64,000 nt of DNA from Callorhinchus milii (Eukaryota). Below, piece after piece: positions 23,815 through 35,958 of this stretch. The stretch covers positions 110,176,001 through 110,240,000 of the forward strand of contig NW_024704743.1 of NCBI RefSeq assembly GCF_018977255.1. The letters are read 5' to 3'. Positions within the stretch are counted from its first letter, which is position 1, and each line of letters opens with the position of its first letter. A program made the position numbers and the translations under genes. The notes beneath the pieces are model-generated. The model was not told the DNA's origin. It worked only from the letters and a program-made list of their open reading frames with translations, and made no database searches.

Positions 23815-24999
23815 ATACCGCTCCCCAAAAGCCGTTGAAACCCTGGTCCATGCCTTTGTCACCTCTCGGCTGGACTACTCTAACGCCCTCCTCGCCGGTC
23901 TCCCATCCACTACCACCCATAAAATCCAAATCATTCAAAACTCCTTAGCCCGCATTCTCACCCACATGAAACTCCCCTCCCCGATTACCCCAGTCCTTGC
24001 CAGACTGCACTGGCTCCCTGTCCCAGAGAGGATCGATTTCAAGATCCTCACCCATGTATTCAAGTCCCTGCACTCCTCTGCACCCCCCTACCTCTCTGTC
24101 CTCCTCTCTCCTCAAAACAGTACCTGTTGCCTTCATTCCTCCAGGTCTGGCCTCTGTTAGAATTTACACTTTTTGTATAATGTTAGAATCATAATAGATG
24201 TTGCGAACGGATTAACTTTTAAGTTAAGTGTGTTGTGGGCAGCTGGACTGAAACTCATGAGTTTCCCAGGATCACGTGAGTGTCTCAAGGATAAGATGTG
24301 TACTACTGCCCTGCAAGTACACAAGATAACGGACTGTCTCAAGAACAGTGTGTTTGTGTGTGTGAGGTACGTACACTCCATGAGATGTTCACTTGAACCC
24401 AGCATGATTTTGGGCAGGTGACCTAATGTCCGCACCATAATTGGATGGACACAAGCTTAAGACACCGTGCCAGACGAAGATCGGCGCGCGACCAGGACAG
24501 TACCTACCGTTGATGGAAGACTGAGAACTAGAAGGCAGAAGTAGACGACCACGAGGAGGGATTACACGGTACTATTGTTCTGTTAGTGAATCGATTGATT
24601 GTGCTTACTTGCCCACGCCCATCGGGAACTTGGACGGATCCTGGAGTTTAATAAACACTACTCTAGTTGCAAACAGTGGTTGTGTTTGATTGGAACTCGA
24701 AAAGAAGGTTTTTTTCTAACACCTTCTCCTCGTCCCCCGAGTCCCCCGCTCCACCCTCGGTGGCCGTGCATTCAGCCACTACTCCCTGAGGCTCTGGAAC
24801 TCCCTTCCTCACTCCCTTCGTCTCGCTCCCTCCCTTCCTATTTTCAGGTCTCTGCTGAAGACCTTTCTTTTCGACCGCGCCTTTGGTCACCTCCCCCTCC
24901 CCCTGGCTCGGTCCCGGGATCCGTTACTGTAAAGCGCTCTGAGATGCCATCCGGCGTGGAGGGCGCTATATAAAAATCCAAATTGTTGTTGTTGTTGTT
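23815..24999 (+). mobile_element. L2-clade LINE 3' fragment split by a solo LTR
   Basis: [23 protein letters not shown] and [23 protein letters not shown] motifs. The element resumes after 24721 and ends in (TTG)n. Confidence 0.9.
24155..24721 (+). mobile_element. Solo LTR (567 bp)
   Basis: Perfect inverted termini TGTTAGAA...TTCTAACA, AATAAA at 24650-24655, and 4-bp flanks CCTC/CCTT. It interrupts collinear L2 sequence. Confidence 0.88.
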
Positions 25000-25418
25000 G
25001 GGGATCGGGATAGGGGAGGGTGGGGGGCAGGGGGGGGAGGAGAGTGATCGAAGGCATGGTCGAAGAGGAGGTTCTTGGGTGTTGAAAGGCAAGGGAGGGG
25101 GCGAGGCAGAGACACTGTAGGATGGAGTTCTAGAGGGTTGGGTCAGAGTGGCAGTCTACCAATGGTAAGGCGGGCAAGGTGGGGGACTTGAAGCAATCCG
25201 GAGCCCGCTGAGTGGAGGGAGCGGGCAGGTTGGTATGGGGTTAGGATATTTCAGAGGTAGGGGGGAACAAGGACATGGAGTTTGGGGCATCGCAGAGCGG
25301 GTCATGACATGGATGTGGGATATGAGGGACAGTTGAGGGTCGAACAGAACCCCGAGGTTCCGTATCGGCTCCGTAAGATGTAGAGTGCATCCATGGAGAG
25401 AGATGCTGTTAGTGCCCA
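25000..25418 (-). mobile_element. L2-clade LINE fragment with internal deletions, tail-to-tail with the previous copy
   Basis: ORF 25156..25419 encodes ISLHGCTLHLTEPIRNLGVLFDPQLS. Confidence 0.8.
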
Positions 25419-27048
25419 ATATAAGGATTACTGTTAAGGATTATTATTTATGTTGCATCTAGGTGAGCTGACTGAGCTGTAATGGAGGGTGTGGGCAGCA
25501 TGAATGGGGAAAAGAGACACAAAAAACCCTGACGGAAGTATAATTACCAAATGGATTCACACAAACTCACTTCTGTGTTTGTTTTTACTTTAAAGCAGGT
25601 TACAGTCGATTTATTGCACACAAGCATTCACATTTTTGCAGGGCAGAGAGACATTTATTTCCTTCAATTACAAATATTAAAAATTGAGGTTGAGCACCAA
25701 ATGTCTGGATCACCCTTTGTGCTTTTGTTCAAGAAAAAAAAGTACAAGGAAAGGGACAATTGTGCAATCTGTTTGCCTGTGTGCTGTCGATCATATCAAA
25801 GAGCCAGTCACTTGAGAAACGCATTTGTGTTTGACAACTATTGATTTTTGCTTCTCTGTCTTCTAAATAACAGACAATTGGGTTGAAGCGGAATGGGGGG
25901 GCGAGCAGATGCGATGAGCTAGGAAGGGAGGAGGTGGGAGCGGTGGTGGTGGTGGTTGTGGTGGGGGGGAAATGATGATGAGGCCAATGTATTACACTCC
26001 AGTTATTTTTCGAGTATCCTCTGTGATGCTAATTCTGTACAGAGGCCCCAAAAATTTTCACCTGTTGAAAATGGGCCACAGGCTCGACAGGGGTTCAATT
26101 CAACCGTGAAATGACTGCTGGCAGATAGGTAATGAAATAGATTATTGAACGGCATGCCACATCTTTAAGAGCTGAATGTCACTGATGTGACGCAACCACA
26201 TGCTTGATCTGGATTTGAGGGTAGAAGGAAATTAGAAGTGATGCCGATTTAGCAAACAAATTTATCATGAGTAAAAAAAACACAGAGGCTGAGCAGGTGT
26301 TGTGACCCATTAACCTTCTGACTGCGATGGACGTTTAAGTGATGGGATTATTTTTGCATGATCAAAAACAATTACATCAGCCCAGACGTTTTATTTTTTT
26401 GGGAAAAAAATTTGAGCTGATTAATGAATGTCTCCTTCGGTCAGAAAGCATTGAGTTAGAGCATTTAACTGAGCACTTTCTTTTCAATAGTGCAATTGAA
26501 AAAGAATGGTCGATAATACGGCGGACTTAAAAAAGTATTTAGGAGGCGGCAAGGAGTGGGTGGAGAATCTTGTGAAGTGTACACACCTGCATGGATTGGT
26601 TGGGCCAAATAGCGTGTTTCTGTGTTGTCCAGTCTGTCTATGCAACTTGAAATAAATAGACGGCGGGGAGGGACAAAGGAACATGCATAAGGATGGGGAT
26701 TAAGGGGTAAGTCATCAATTAAAGGAACTCTCTATCTCTGTTATTTCCACTTTGGTATTTCATTAGTCCAGTGTAGGGATGGAACAAAAAGGCCAAAATA
26801 AAAATCTTTCTATGCCAGTAGATTTCAACGGTGATTTCTTTTCCTGCATCTGGGCAACAAAGAGAGGGCAAGATCTGAGAAAGGGTGGAGTAAAATTATG
26901 TGAAATAATTTTCACAGCAGGAAATGATCCCTCCTTGGTGTAGAGCTGCAGCCTTCCAAATTTGAGGTGATCTTCAAGGGATGTCTGGATGAAGATGGTC
27001 CTTCTGTCCATTTCACCTCACTCTTCCAGGGTACTCCTATCCCCCACT

Positions 27049-27358
27049 GGAGTCCTGTAGCTTAGTGGTTAGAGCACTCACCTCGCACGTGAGAGACCTG
27101 GGTTTGATTCCCAGCAGGGCCAAATGTTGGGAAAGTTTCCTTACTCCACACACCTGATAATAATCTCTCAAGAACTTTTTTTTAATAATTTGGTCACTCA
27201 ATCCATGACTGTTTGTGGAACACTGCTGTGCACAATTGGCTGTCACGTTTCACCCACAAATATACAGTCAATTCATTTTAGAGTATCTTCTGTGAAGCGC
27301 TTTGAGATGTCTAGAAGATGTGAAAAGCTCTATATCAAATGCAAGGATTATTATTATT
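27049..27358 (+). mobile_element. Full-length tRNA-Ala-derived SINE
   Basis: GGAGTCCTGTAGCTTAGTGGTTAGAGCAC head, B-box-like GGTTTGATTCC, and AAATGCAAGGATTATTATTA end. Confidence 0.9.
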
Positions 27359-28185
27359 CTCCCATTATAACATCGAGCTGTTTCTAAAATGAGTTCCAGC
27401 ATCTTAGCTCAATCACCCTTACTAATAACTCTTGTCCCAGTTGTTAATTCCCTCTGGATAGAAAAATATTTTCTGGCGTTAGTCTTGAAACTGCTCTTTG
27501 TCGACAAGCAGGTGAAATGTCATTTTTTTTAATCTACCCGCATTGTTACACTCAGCTGCTCTCTTTATAACATTGCTAGTTATTTAACCACAAGTGGAGC
27601 AGGACAGATGTAAAAAGGATTATCAAATTCAAAATTGCCAACGCTGTATAATTAGCTGTTATTTATTGGTACATTCACTGTTATAAACATCTTGCCGATA
27701 AAAATCTCCCCGTCACGTTCCAATAATTAGTTCCCAGAAGGCTGACTAGCTTTATCAGTTCAGACCAGTTAATCATGGCCTTAGGTGGTATAATTTGCAG
27801 CAGTTTCAGAATGTTTTGAACTATTTAATGCTCAGGCTGTTTCCACAAATCTCACCTCGATCATTTATCTTTAGTGTTTGATATCTTAGCTGTTATCCTG
27901 CTGTAATTAGCGACCCACACGGATACAACACAAAATGATCACTTTAGATTCAGAAACTAGGTATCAGTAGCCAACTCAACTGTAGAGGGCACCACAGGTA
28001 GAAGAGAATTCAGACAAGATTACTTATTGTAGAATAAGACCTCATTAGGGATGGTCAAAGAGGAAAGTGCTCTGAGACGCCGTCCAGCGTGAAAGGAGCT
28101 ACATAAATGCAAGTTGTTGTTGTTCAAGGCGTAACCTGAAGATGGGTAAATAGGGAGGTAAATCAGAGGGGTTGAGACATGGAGT

Positions 28186-29040
28186 ACAACAACAACAACA
28201 ACAAGATTCCATTTATAAAGCGCCTTTCACGTCAGGAGGACGTCCCAAGGCGCTGCACAGTTGGGTCATGACCCGAGCAGGGGGGAAATGGTCAGGGTGA
28301 GGGGAGGGAAGGGAGGGAGCGAGGAGGGGGGAAATGGTCAGGGTGAGGGGAGGGAGGGAGCGAGAAGGGGGAAGAGAGTCGAGAGGGGAGCTGAAGGAGA
28401 AAGCTCCTCAAAGAGAAAGGTTTTGAGACCGGCCTTGAAGGAGAGGGAGGAAGCAAGGCGAAGGCACTGGGGGATAGAGTTCCAGAGCTGAGAGGCTGAA
28501 GGCCCGACCACCGATGGTAGGGCGATTGGGGCGAGGGACGTGGAGCAGACCGGAACCGGAGGAACAGAGGGTACGGGCAGGTAGGTAGGGGGATAGTAGG
28601 TTGGAGAGGTAGGAGGGAGCAAGGCCATGAATGGCCTTGTAGGTGAGGATGAGGATCTTGAAATCAATCCTCTGGGGGATGGGGAGCCAGTGGAGGCGAG
28701 CGAGGGTGGGAGTGATGTGGTCCCGAAGCCTGGTGCGGGACAGTACACGAGCTGCAGAGTTCTGAATGTCCTGCAGCTTGTGGAGGGAGGTAGCGGGAAG
28801 GCCGGCGAGGAGAGAGTTCCCATAGTCCAGCCTTGAGGTGACAAAGCGTGAACCAGGGTTTCAGCAGCGTGAGGGGTGAGGTAATGCCGTAGTCTGGCGA
28901 TGTTCCGGAGGTGATGGAAGGCGGTGCCAGTTGTGGTGCGGATGTGAGGGAGAAAGGACAGCTCAGGGTCGAACAAAACGCCGAGGTTCCTGACTGGCTT
29001 TGAGAGGTGGAGAGTGCAGCCTTGGATGCTGATGGTACTA
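28186..29040 (-). mobile_element. L2-clade LINE 3' fragment with a ~46-bp G-rich tandem duplication in the 3'UTR
   Basis: ORF 28338..29078 encodes [41 protein letters not shown]. (AAC)n tail. GGGGGAAATGGTCAGGGTGAGGGGAGGGA occurs twice within about 28280-28356. Confidence 0.9.
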
Positions 29041-31119
29041 GAGGGTGGAGGCATAGTGGCTGAAAGCACTGCCACCAATCCTGGAGTAGAAGGGGTTAAG
29101 GGATGTGTAGAAGGCCCAAACTGGCCAAGTGAACAACAACAACAAAATTACATTTATAGAGCGCCTTTCATGTCGGGAGGACGTCCCAAAGCGCTGGGGC
29201 TATTAGTGAAGGGGTTGGTAGAGGAGTGGGGTGTGAGCAAGTTGAAGATATAGGGAGATGCCAGGTCAGAAGTGATTTGTAGGGTGTGTTTGTGTGTCTG
29301 TGTGTGTGTGTGGATGTGGTCAGGAGTAAGACATGAATTCCATTTCAGGCACTGGGAAATTTCCATGCATAAGTAGCATACATATGTGGAACTTTCAGTC
29401 TGGTTTGAATACTGTTGAGCATAAGTATGAAACACCCAACTGACCAAAACTTTTTTTTCCAAATGCCTCAGGGATACAAAATTACAAAGCCTCTCTCTAA
29501 AACCCCCTCCCTCCTCTCTTCTCTCACCCACAGCCACCCCCCCCCCCCCCCCCCCCCACCTCAGAGTTTTGCATTCACAGAGAGAGAATTAGAGAATTTT
29601 CTTTACGATATAAATTGCAAAAAGCAAATGAAGTCATTTTAAAAGAAAGCTTTTAAACACCCTATTGTTACGTTCAACCCAATGTTCATTCCAGCCATAT
29701 GTATTTCACAGAGGATTTCATTTATACAAAGAAAGATCCTCCCTCCCCCTCCCACAAGTAATCTTTCCTGCACACAAATCCAAACACTTCTCGAACCGCA
29801 GGAACACGCCATTCCCTGTTGTTGTTGCAACGCCTTTTATTGCTCGGTCACAGTTAATTACAATGACATCAGCATGCAATGTGTTATTATGGTATCTCAT
29901 TAGCTAGATTGAGGAGAGTTGACTCTCTGCTTACAAGGCTCTGGTGCGTCTATGCCAGCCGAGAGCCCTCCACTAATGATATGTATCTGAACTTCAAGAG
30001 GCTGGGGACGGTCCTCAGAGAATAAACTTTTCTTTGGAATTCTGGAAAGGTCAGATGCGCCTTATAGCCCCCGTGGGGGGGTAACATTTAAATGGCTGAG
30101 AGTTTAATTATGACATTGGTTGATGTACGCAGTGGCACGCAACTGCACAGTGAGCACACAGTTTTGGATGGAGCGACATGATTAAGCACACTGGGTTTGC
30201 TACACTGGGGGCATAACCTTAAACATTGTGAACTCGTGTAGTTAAAAGTGAGGTCCAAAAAGCAGAGGGTTGTGAGTGTGTGGAGTGCATTGCCCCAGAA
30301 GGGAGTATAGACAGAATCAATGGGGATGTTTAAACAGGCAAGTGGGTTGTTACAGGGGATTTTAAGTATAATGCAGTCCACCAGATCCATTGCTCAACAA
30401 AGCACCAAAATACAGCTCGGCCGTCAGGTCACCACCGAGTCACTTCATGTACCGGGTTAATAGACACAGGAAGCACCCTGATGTCACTTTTTGTGCTGTA
30501 TGTGATGCAGAATTGTACTGTAAGAGGGGGTGCTGTAATGGGATTTGTTTGTACTTAGGAAGTAGAGGTATTAAGGAGTTTTGGAAAATGGAGGTAAATA
30601 GGGTTGAATGATCCTAATCTTCAATGGCCTTATACCATCCTATCTCTATGCACCTCCTCTTCCCCTATCTCTGCCTTGTTTTGTGCCCTACCATCAGTAG
30701 GAGAGTTTTCAGTCACTTCCGAAATCCTCCTACCTCTCTGCCTCCCACCTACCTCTCTGCTTTCAAGTCGTGTCTAAAATTATTATTGTCATTTGAAAGT
30801 ATTGTTCCAGGTTTACTTTCTCATGTCAAAACAGATATTGAGAAAATGATTTTTTACTTAAGGAAGGTTGAAAAATTCAATAGTTATCAAATGTTTCATC
30901 AGATCCATTGCATTTCACCAGTTCTGAAGCTGGATAAGTACCTGAACCATAAAATCATTAGGGGATTACAGGGAAAGAGTTGGAAAGTGGGATTAATTTA
31001 AAAACACAGGTAGCGGTGACAAACACAGAGGGTTGAATGGTTTCTTTCTGTGCTGAAAAATTCTTTTTGCCAATATTAAATGGAGTATAGGAGAATGGGA
31101 GTCCATCAAGATTCCAGTT

Positions 31120-31625
31120 TTCTTTGGTCAGCCATGTGTCTGACACATGTGGAAACCCATCACCATGCTTAAGAGTATCCAGATCAGGCTAAGAGTTCAA
31201 CTTATGTATAAGATCTACATAGAAATTTCCCTGTGTCTGCAATTAATCCCTTGGAGGGATACATCCTGTTTACCTAATTCTGGAGGCTGAGATTGGCAAG
31301 ACCCACAGCTTGGGGACTCTAACGTGTGGGTTCGGCTATAGTTGGAGTCTTAGCAGCTAAAACTGCATTGATTAGGGCTTGCAGGGTTAACAGGAGCTAA
31401 GTGGGAATAATCCCTTTTCACCCTGACTCGTCTGCTCCTCCAAGCCCTGCTGATGAGCCAGGTTGGTCTGTCATCAGCTGTGCCTTGGAATACCATGGAC
31501 CCCCCCCAACAACTGAGATTGCAACAAAAGGTGGACTTGATTCAGACACTCCATTGAGAAGTACGTCACATTGGAATCGAAGCCAGTTCAGCTCCAAGGG
31601 GAACTTGCTTATCTATCCACTCCCT
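31120..31625 (-). repeat. Family E repeat, longest copy
   Basis: Overlaps the copies at 5818, 18810, 29325, 32280, 46295, 60440 and 63510. Its 3' end is GCTGACCAAA on the minus strand. Confidence 0.75.
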
Positions 31626-33289
31626 CCCACCCCACCCCAGGAGATGATACATCCTCTGTATCATTTCTCTGTAATTTGTGTCTCCTTCCACTGGCAATTA
31701 TCATGCTGTGCAACATCATTAATATGCAGGTGAATGATCCAATTCTTGCTTGAAGCAAACACATCCAAGGGATATTTAATACCAGTCAGTGCAGTGCTGT
31801 TCGTTGGTAGAGAGTACTTAGTAGTCAAGCTGAGCGTGTAATGAAACACGACAATTGCAAAATATCATTAATCTCTCTGGAAAGTGATTTGTCCGCCAGA
31901 CCTTTAAAATATCAAAACAAAAATTAAAAGGGAACTGAGTTATTGAGGGTGGACCTTTTCTATTCAAAGCCCAAGTAATTTTGATGGGGTAAATAATAAT
32001 GATAATAATGCTTACATTTGATATAGTGCCTTTCACATCAGTAGGACACCACCTCCAGCCATGCAGCGCACCCTCACTACTGTATTAGTGTGTCAGACGA
32101 GACTGTGAATTGAAAGTCCCAAAATGGGGCTTAATCCCATAACTTTCTGACTGAGTGACCAGACAAACTCATTTACTAACACTTCGGTGAAGAGACTCTC
32201 CATTACTGAGAGAAACGGAGCCAGGAGGCTACTTGCTAGTAATACAAATGTGAATGGTTCCCCATTTATCCACATATGTACACCACCTACACATGGAAAT
32301 TTCTCTGTACCTGGAATGGAATGTCTATTCCTTCCCTAGAGGTTCACATCCTGTTTACCTAATCCAGGAAAGTAATAGGCGCAGGTGAGCAAGAACCAAG
32401 GCTTGGGTCACTGCTGGACTCTCAACCAGCTAAGACTACGTAGCATATCTTTGTGAGCTCTGTATAGGAAGCCATCCACTGCTCATCAACCCTCATTTTA
32501 ATTACAGCGCTACTTTTGTCACAATGTTTTCCCAAATCAATCTTAACGCCGGGTAAAAAAAAAACTCACTGAACTGACAATGAATGTTTTGCTTATTTGT
32601 GTATCGCTCAATGACTGACAATCTGATCATTCATTCTGCGCTCAGGCTAATAGACTTTTCAAAATCAATGCTATGAGGAAAGTCAGTTTGTTTTAATGTG
32701 ATGTATCCATGTGACAGGAAGACAAACGGACCCCACTAACTTCTATAATCCTTCCCCCTCCCACCATCTCAGGGACTTAAAAAAGTCTAAAAGGGATCAG
32801 TGAGTTGTCTGTCTATAGTAAGCGATTGCCATAATAGTGCTGGCTATTAGTCTGGGATCTCCATTGTGGCTCCATTGTATTGTGTTGTACGGAGCTCAGC
32901 AAAACAGGCCAGTTGTTGCAAAAACCCACATGAAGTAAAACAATGGGTGTGGGAGTGGAGTCTGGAACTTGAATTGAGGTAAAGAGAGGTTTTAAAGTAG
33001 GCAAAACAGTGAGGCTTTGTGCCGATCTTTGAGGTCTTCATCACCAATTGAGATGTCCACAGTAACTGCACGTTTTATTTTCTCCCTCTTTCTCCCCCCA
33101 CCCCAACCCCTTCCCACTCCACTTCCTACTAACCTCCCATCCTCAACCTGCTCCTCAACTTCCCCCCACACACTTTTCCTAAATTCAAAAACTTTAACCC
33201 TGAGAACTTGTGTTGAGATGGCTAAAAATATTCTGTAGAATACAGGTTTGAGGGCTCTGTGCACAAGAAAATGCAGGTATTAATAACAA

Positions 33290-33700
33290 TTAACCTTGCA
33301 TTCAAGACAGTGCCTTAACATGTCAAAATATCTCAAAAATATTCACAGAGTACAACAACAAAATTACATTTATATAGCACCTTTCACGAGTAGTCTCAAA
33401 ACAGCACCTCAAAGCACTGTAAAGTGTAGTGACTGTGTATATTGTATGTTAATCAGGCAGCTGAATTACGCACAGCAACATCCCACAGACAATTTATTTT
33501 TCCTCAAGGATTGTTAGCTGGGATACCAGGAGAAACTCCCCTTTCTTTTTGAGTAGTTCAGCAGGATCTTTAATGTCTACATGAACAGACACAAACTTGG
33601 TTTAATGTTTCACTTGGAGGATTGCATCTCTACACTCCTTGCACTGTACTGGAGTGTCAGCCTACACTGTGATCTCAAAGTCTTGACTTGAGACTTTAGA
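33290..33700 (-). mobile_element. DeuSINE-type SINE, with a short L2 tail inserted
   Basis: GGATCTTTAATGTC.AC.TGAACAG and GGAGTGTCAGCCTA motifs. Confidence 0.7.
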
Positions 33701-34434
33701 TTACATTTCAAACTCTTTCACAGAGGAGAAGCAAGTTTACTGAAGGCCCGAAATTCCATCTCCTCTTCGCTTGTGGGACCATTTTGTCTCAAAGTTTAAT
33801 ATTGTGTAGAATCATGTAATTTATTTTCAAATTCAATCATAACAAATCCCAGACTCTGGATCCCATTTTTCCCAAATAATAAAATGATTTCCATGCTTCC
33901 TAAAAAATAACTAGTTTCAAAATTCAGACCTGAATTTTCCACTCTTCTGTGCAATCTCTAATTGCGAGTAGTCTCACGGGCTAAGGCTAGATGGAATTTC
34001 AAGCCTCTTGGACCTGGGGGTCAACGGACTTCATCTGGAAATACTTAACAATTTCTGTGGATGCCAGAGAAGGGAGTGCATCCCATTGGCCAACCAGGAC
34101 ACTCCTTTTTGGAATGAAATAAGTCACAAATTAAATCATCAAAGCAGAAAAACAAATAATATGTCAAGCCATCTATCTGTCAGAGGTCTCACACACCTCC
34201 ATGTGGCTGAATGAGAATCAGCACTGGTGGAATACTGCAACACACATTGGGGTCCAAAGTACTCTTCTGTTCTGAAGGGGATTTTGTCAGAAAGTAATTC
34301 TAATAGTAATCCTTTAATTTGATACAGTGCCTTTATCACATCGTTGAGACATTGAAAAGCTCTTTACAGGAATTGATATAAAGTGTAGTGACTGTATTTT
34401 GTTGCCAAATGCAGCAGCTAATTTGTGCACAGTA

Positions 34435-35250
34435 ACAACAACTTGTATTTACACAGTGCCCTTCACATAGGGTAATGTCTCGGCATGCTTGAGAGAGACA
34501 GGTTTCGGATGCTGAGTGAGGGAGGAGGTGGGGAGATGGCTATAGGTGTGTTCAAATTGATAGGATTTGAGGTGGGACTTAAAGTCAGAGACGGGGTGAG
34601 GCGGAGTGGAAGAGGGGGCGAATTCCAGAGTTTAAGGGCAATAGGAACTTAAGGCTTGGCAGTAAACCCAAGTTGGGTGAGCAGAGGGAGCGGGCAGAGG
34701 AGTAGGAAAGGAGGAGCTCATAGAGATAAGAGGTGCCAGAGAGTGGTAGGATATGTAGGTGAGAGTGAGGACCTTGACATCGATCCACTGGATGTTAGGG
34801 AGCCAGTGGAGACTGGTGAGAACCTGGATGATGGGTGTGAAGAGTTCAGTGCTGGTGCGGGTAGTTGATTCCCGTCCCCTCCGGACCCAGCTCCCGTAGC
34901 AATCAAGGTCAGGTGCAAAGTTTGTGGCTTCACAGAATTAACTAATAATAATCTTTGCATTTGATATAGCGCTTTATCACATCTTCGAGACATCTCAAAG
35001 CGCTTCACAGAATACACTGTAAAGTGATTTGATTGTATATTTTGTGGGCAAAATGCAGCCATCAATTACGCACAGCAGTGTCCCACAAACAGTCGTAGAT
35101 TGAGTGACCAAATTATTATTATTATTCCCTTAAAAGCGATCCGACAATTGACTAACTACTGGATTCCTACTTACTGCTAGGTAAACAGAGGAGTGTGGAG
35201 TAAGGAAACCCAAGTCCTCTCGCTTACGAGGCGAGTGCTCTAATCACTGT
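34435..35250 (-). mobile_element. Old L2 3' fragment (34435-34860) and long-variant tRNA-Ala SINE (34943-35250)
   Basis: Motifs shared with the other L2 and SINE copies. Confidence 0.75.
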
Positions 35251-35461
35251 ATAATGTAATGACTGTATATCTTGCCGCCAAAGCAATGACCTGTGAAGTG
35301 AATGATTAATTTACCCAGGGCATTGTTGGCCAGTACACCAGAAATAACTCCCTTCTCTTTTTGTATAGTGCAGAATCTTTGACATCAAAATGAAGAAGCA
35401 GACAGTACCTCAGTTTTAACACCTCATCTAAAGTACGGCACCTTCGACAAGGCACTCCCCA

Positions 35462-35958
35462 CTCCTATGCAAACTCCCTGCTTGTTGGCCTCCTCAATTC
35501 TTCCTTCAATAGGCTGCAGATCATCCAGAAGCTTGTGTCCTCTCCCGTACTGGGCTCCATGACCTATTTTCTCCATCCTCGCTTGACTCCACTGGCTTCT
35601 CATCACACAGAGGATACAGTTCAAGATCCTGGTGCTCAATGGCTTGATCCCCCTGGCCTGCTTCACGTCCCCTGCTTCACCCGCCCCACCATTGGCAGGC
35701 GAGCCTTCTGCCACTCTGCCCCCACCCTCTGGAACTCCATCCCGCAGTCCCTCTGCCATGCCCCTTCCTTTGCCTCCTTCAAGGCCCACCTCAAGACCTC
35801 CTCTTCAACCGGGCCTTTGATCACCCTCCTTCCCCCCACCCTCCACCCTCCTCAATCCTGACCCCCGTTTCGTGTCTAAAACACTGATTGTCCAGCACCT
35901 TGGGACGTTCTCCCGATGTGAATGGTGCTATACAGATGTAATTTTGTTATTGTTGTTG
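35462..35958 (+). mobile_element. L2-clade LINE 3' fragment
   Basis: ORF 35535..35861 encodes RPTIGRRAFCHSAPTLWNSIPQSL..FKAHLKT. (TTG)n tail. Confidence 0.88.

Noticed and set aside
27049..27122. tRNA-Ala gene (also near 3785-3859, 9420-9493 and 45599-45670)
   Set aside because: The tRNA-like head runs directly into a SINE body and tail, with no intact acceptor stem or terminator.
27747..27770. miR-21-like TAGCTTTATCAG
   Set aside because: It has an extra base in the seed, the 3' half does not match, and there is no precursor hairpin.
28280..28395. G-quadruplex-like purine tract
   Set aside because: It is part of the L2 3'UTR with a local tandem duplication, and similar tracts occur in the other L2 copies.
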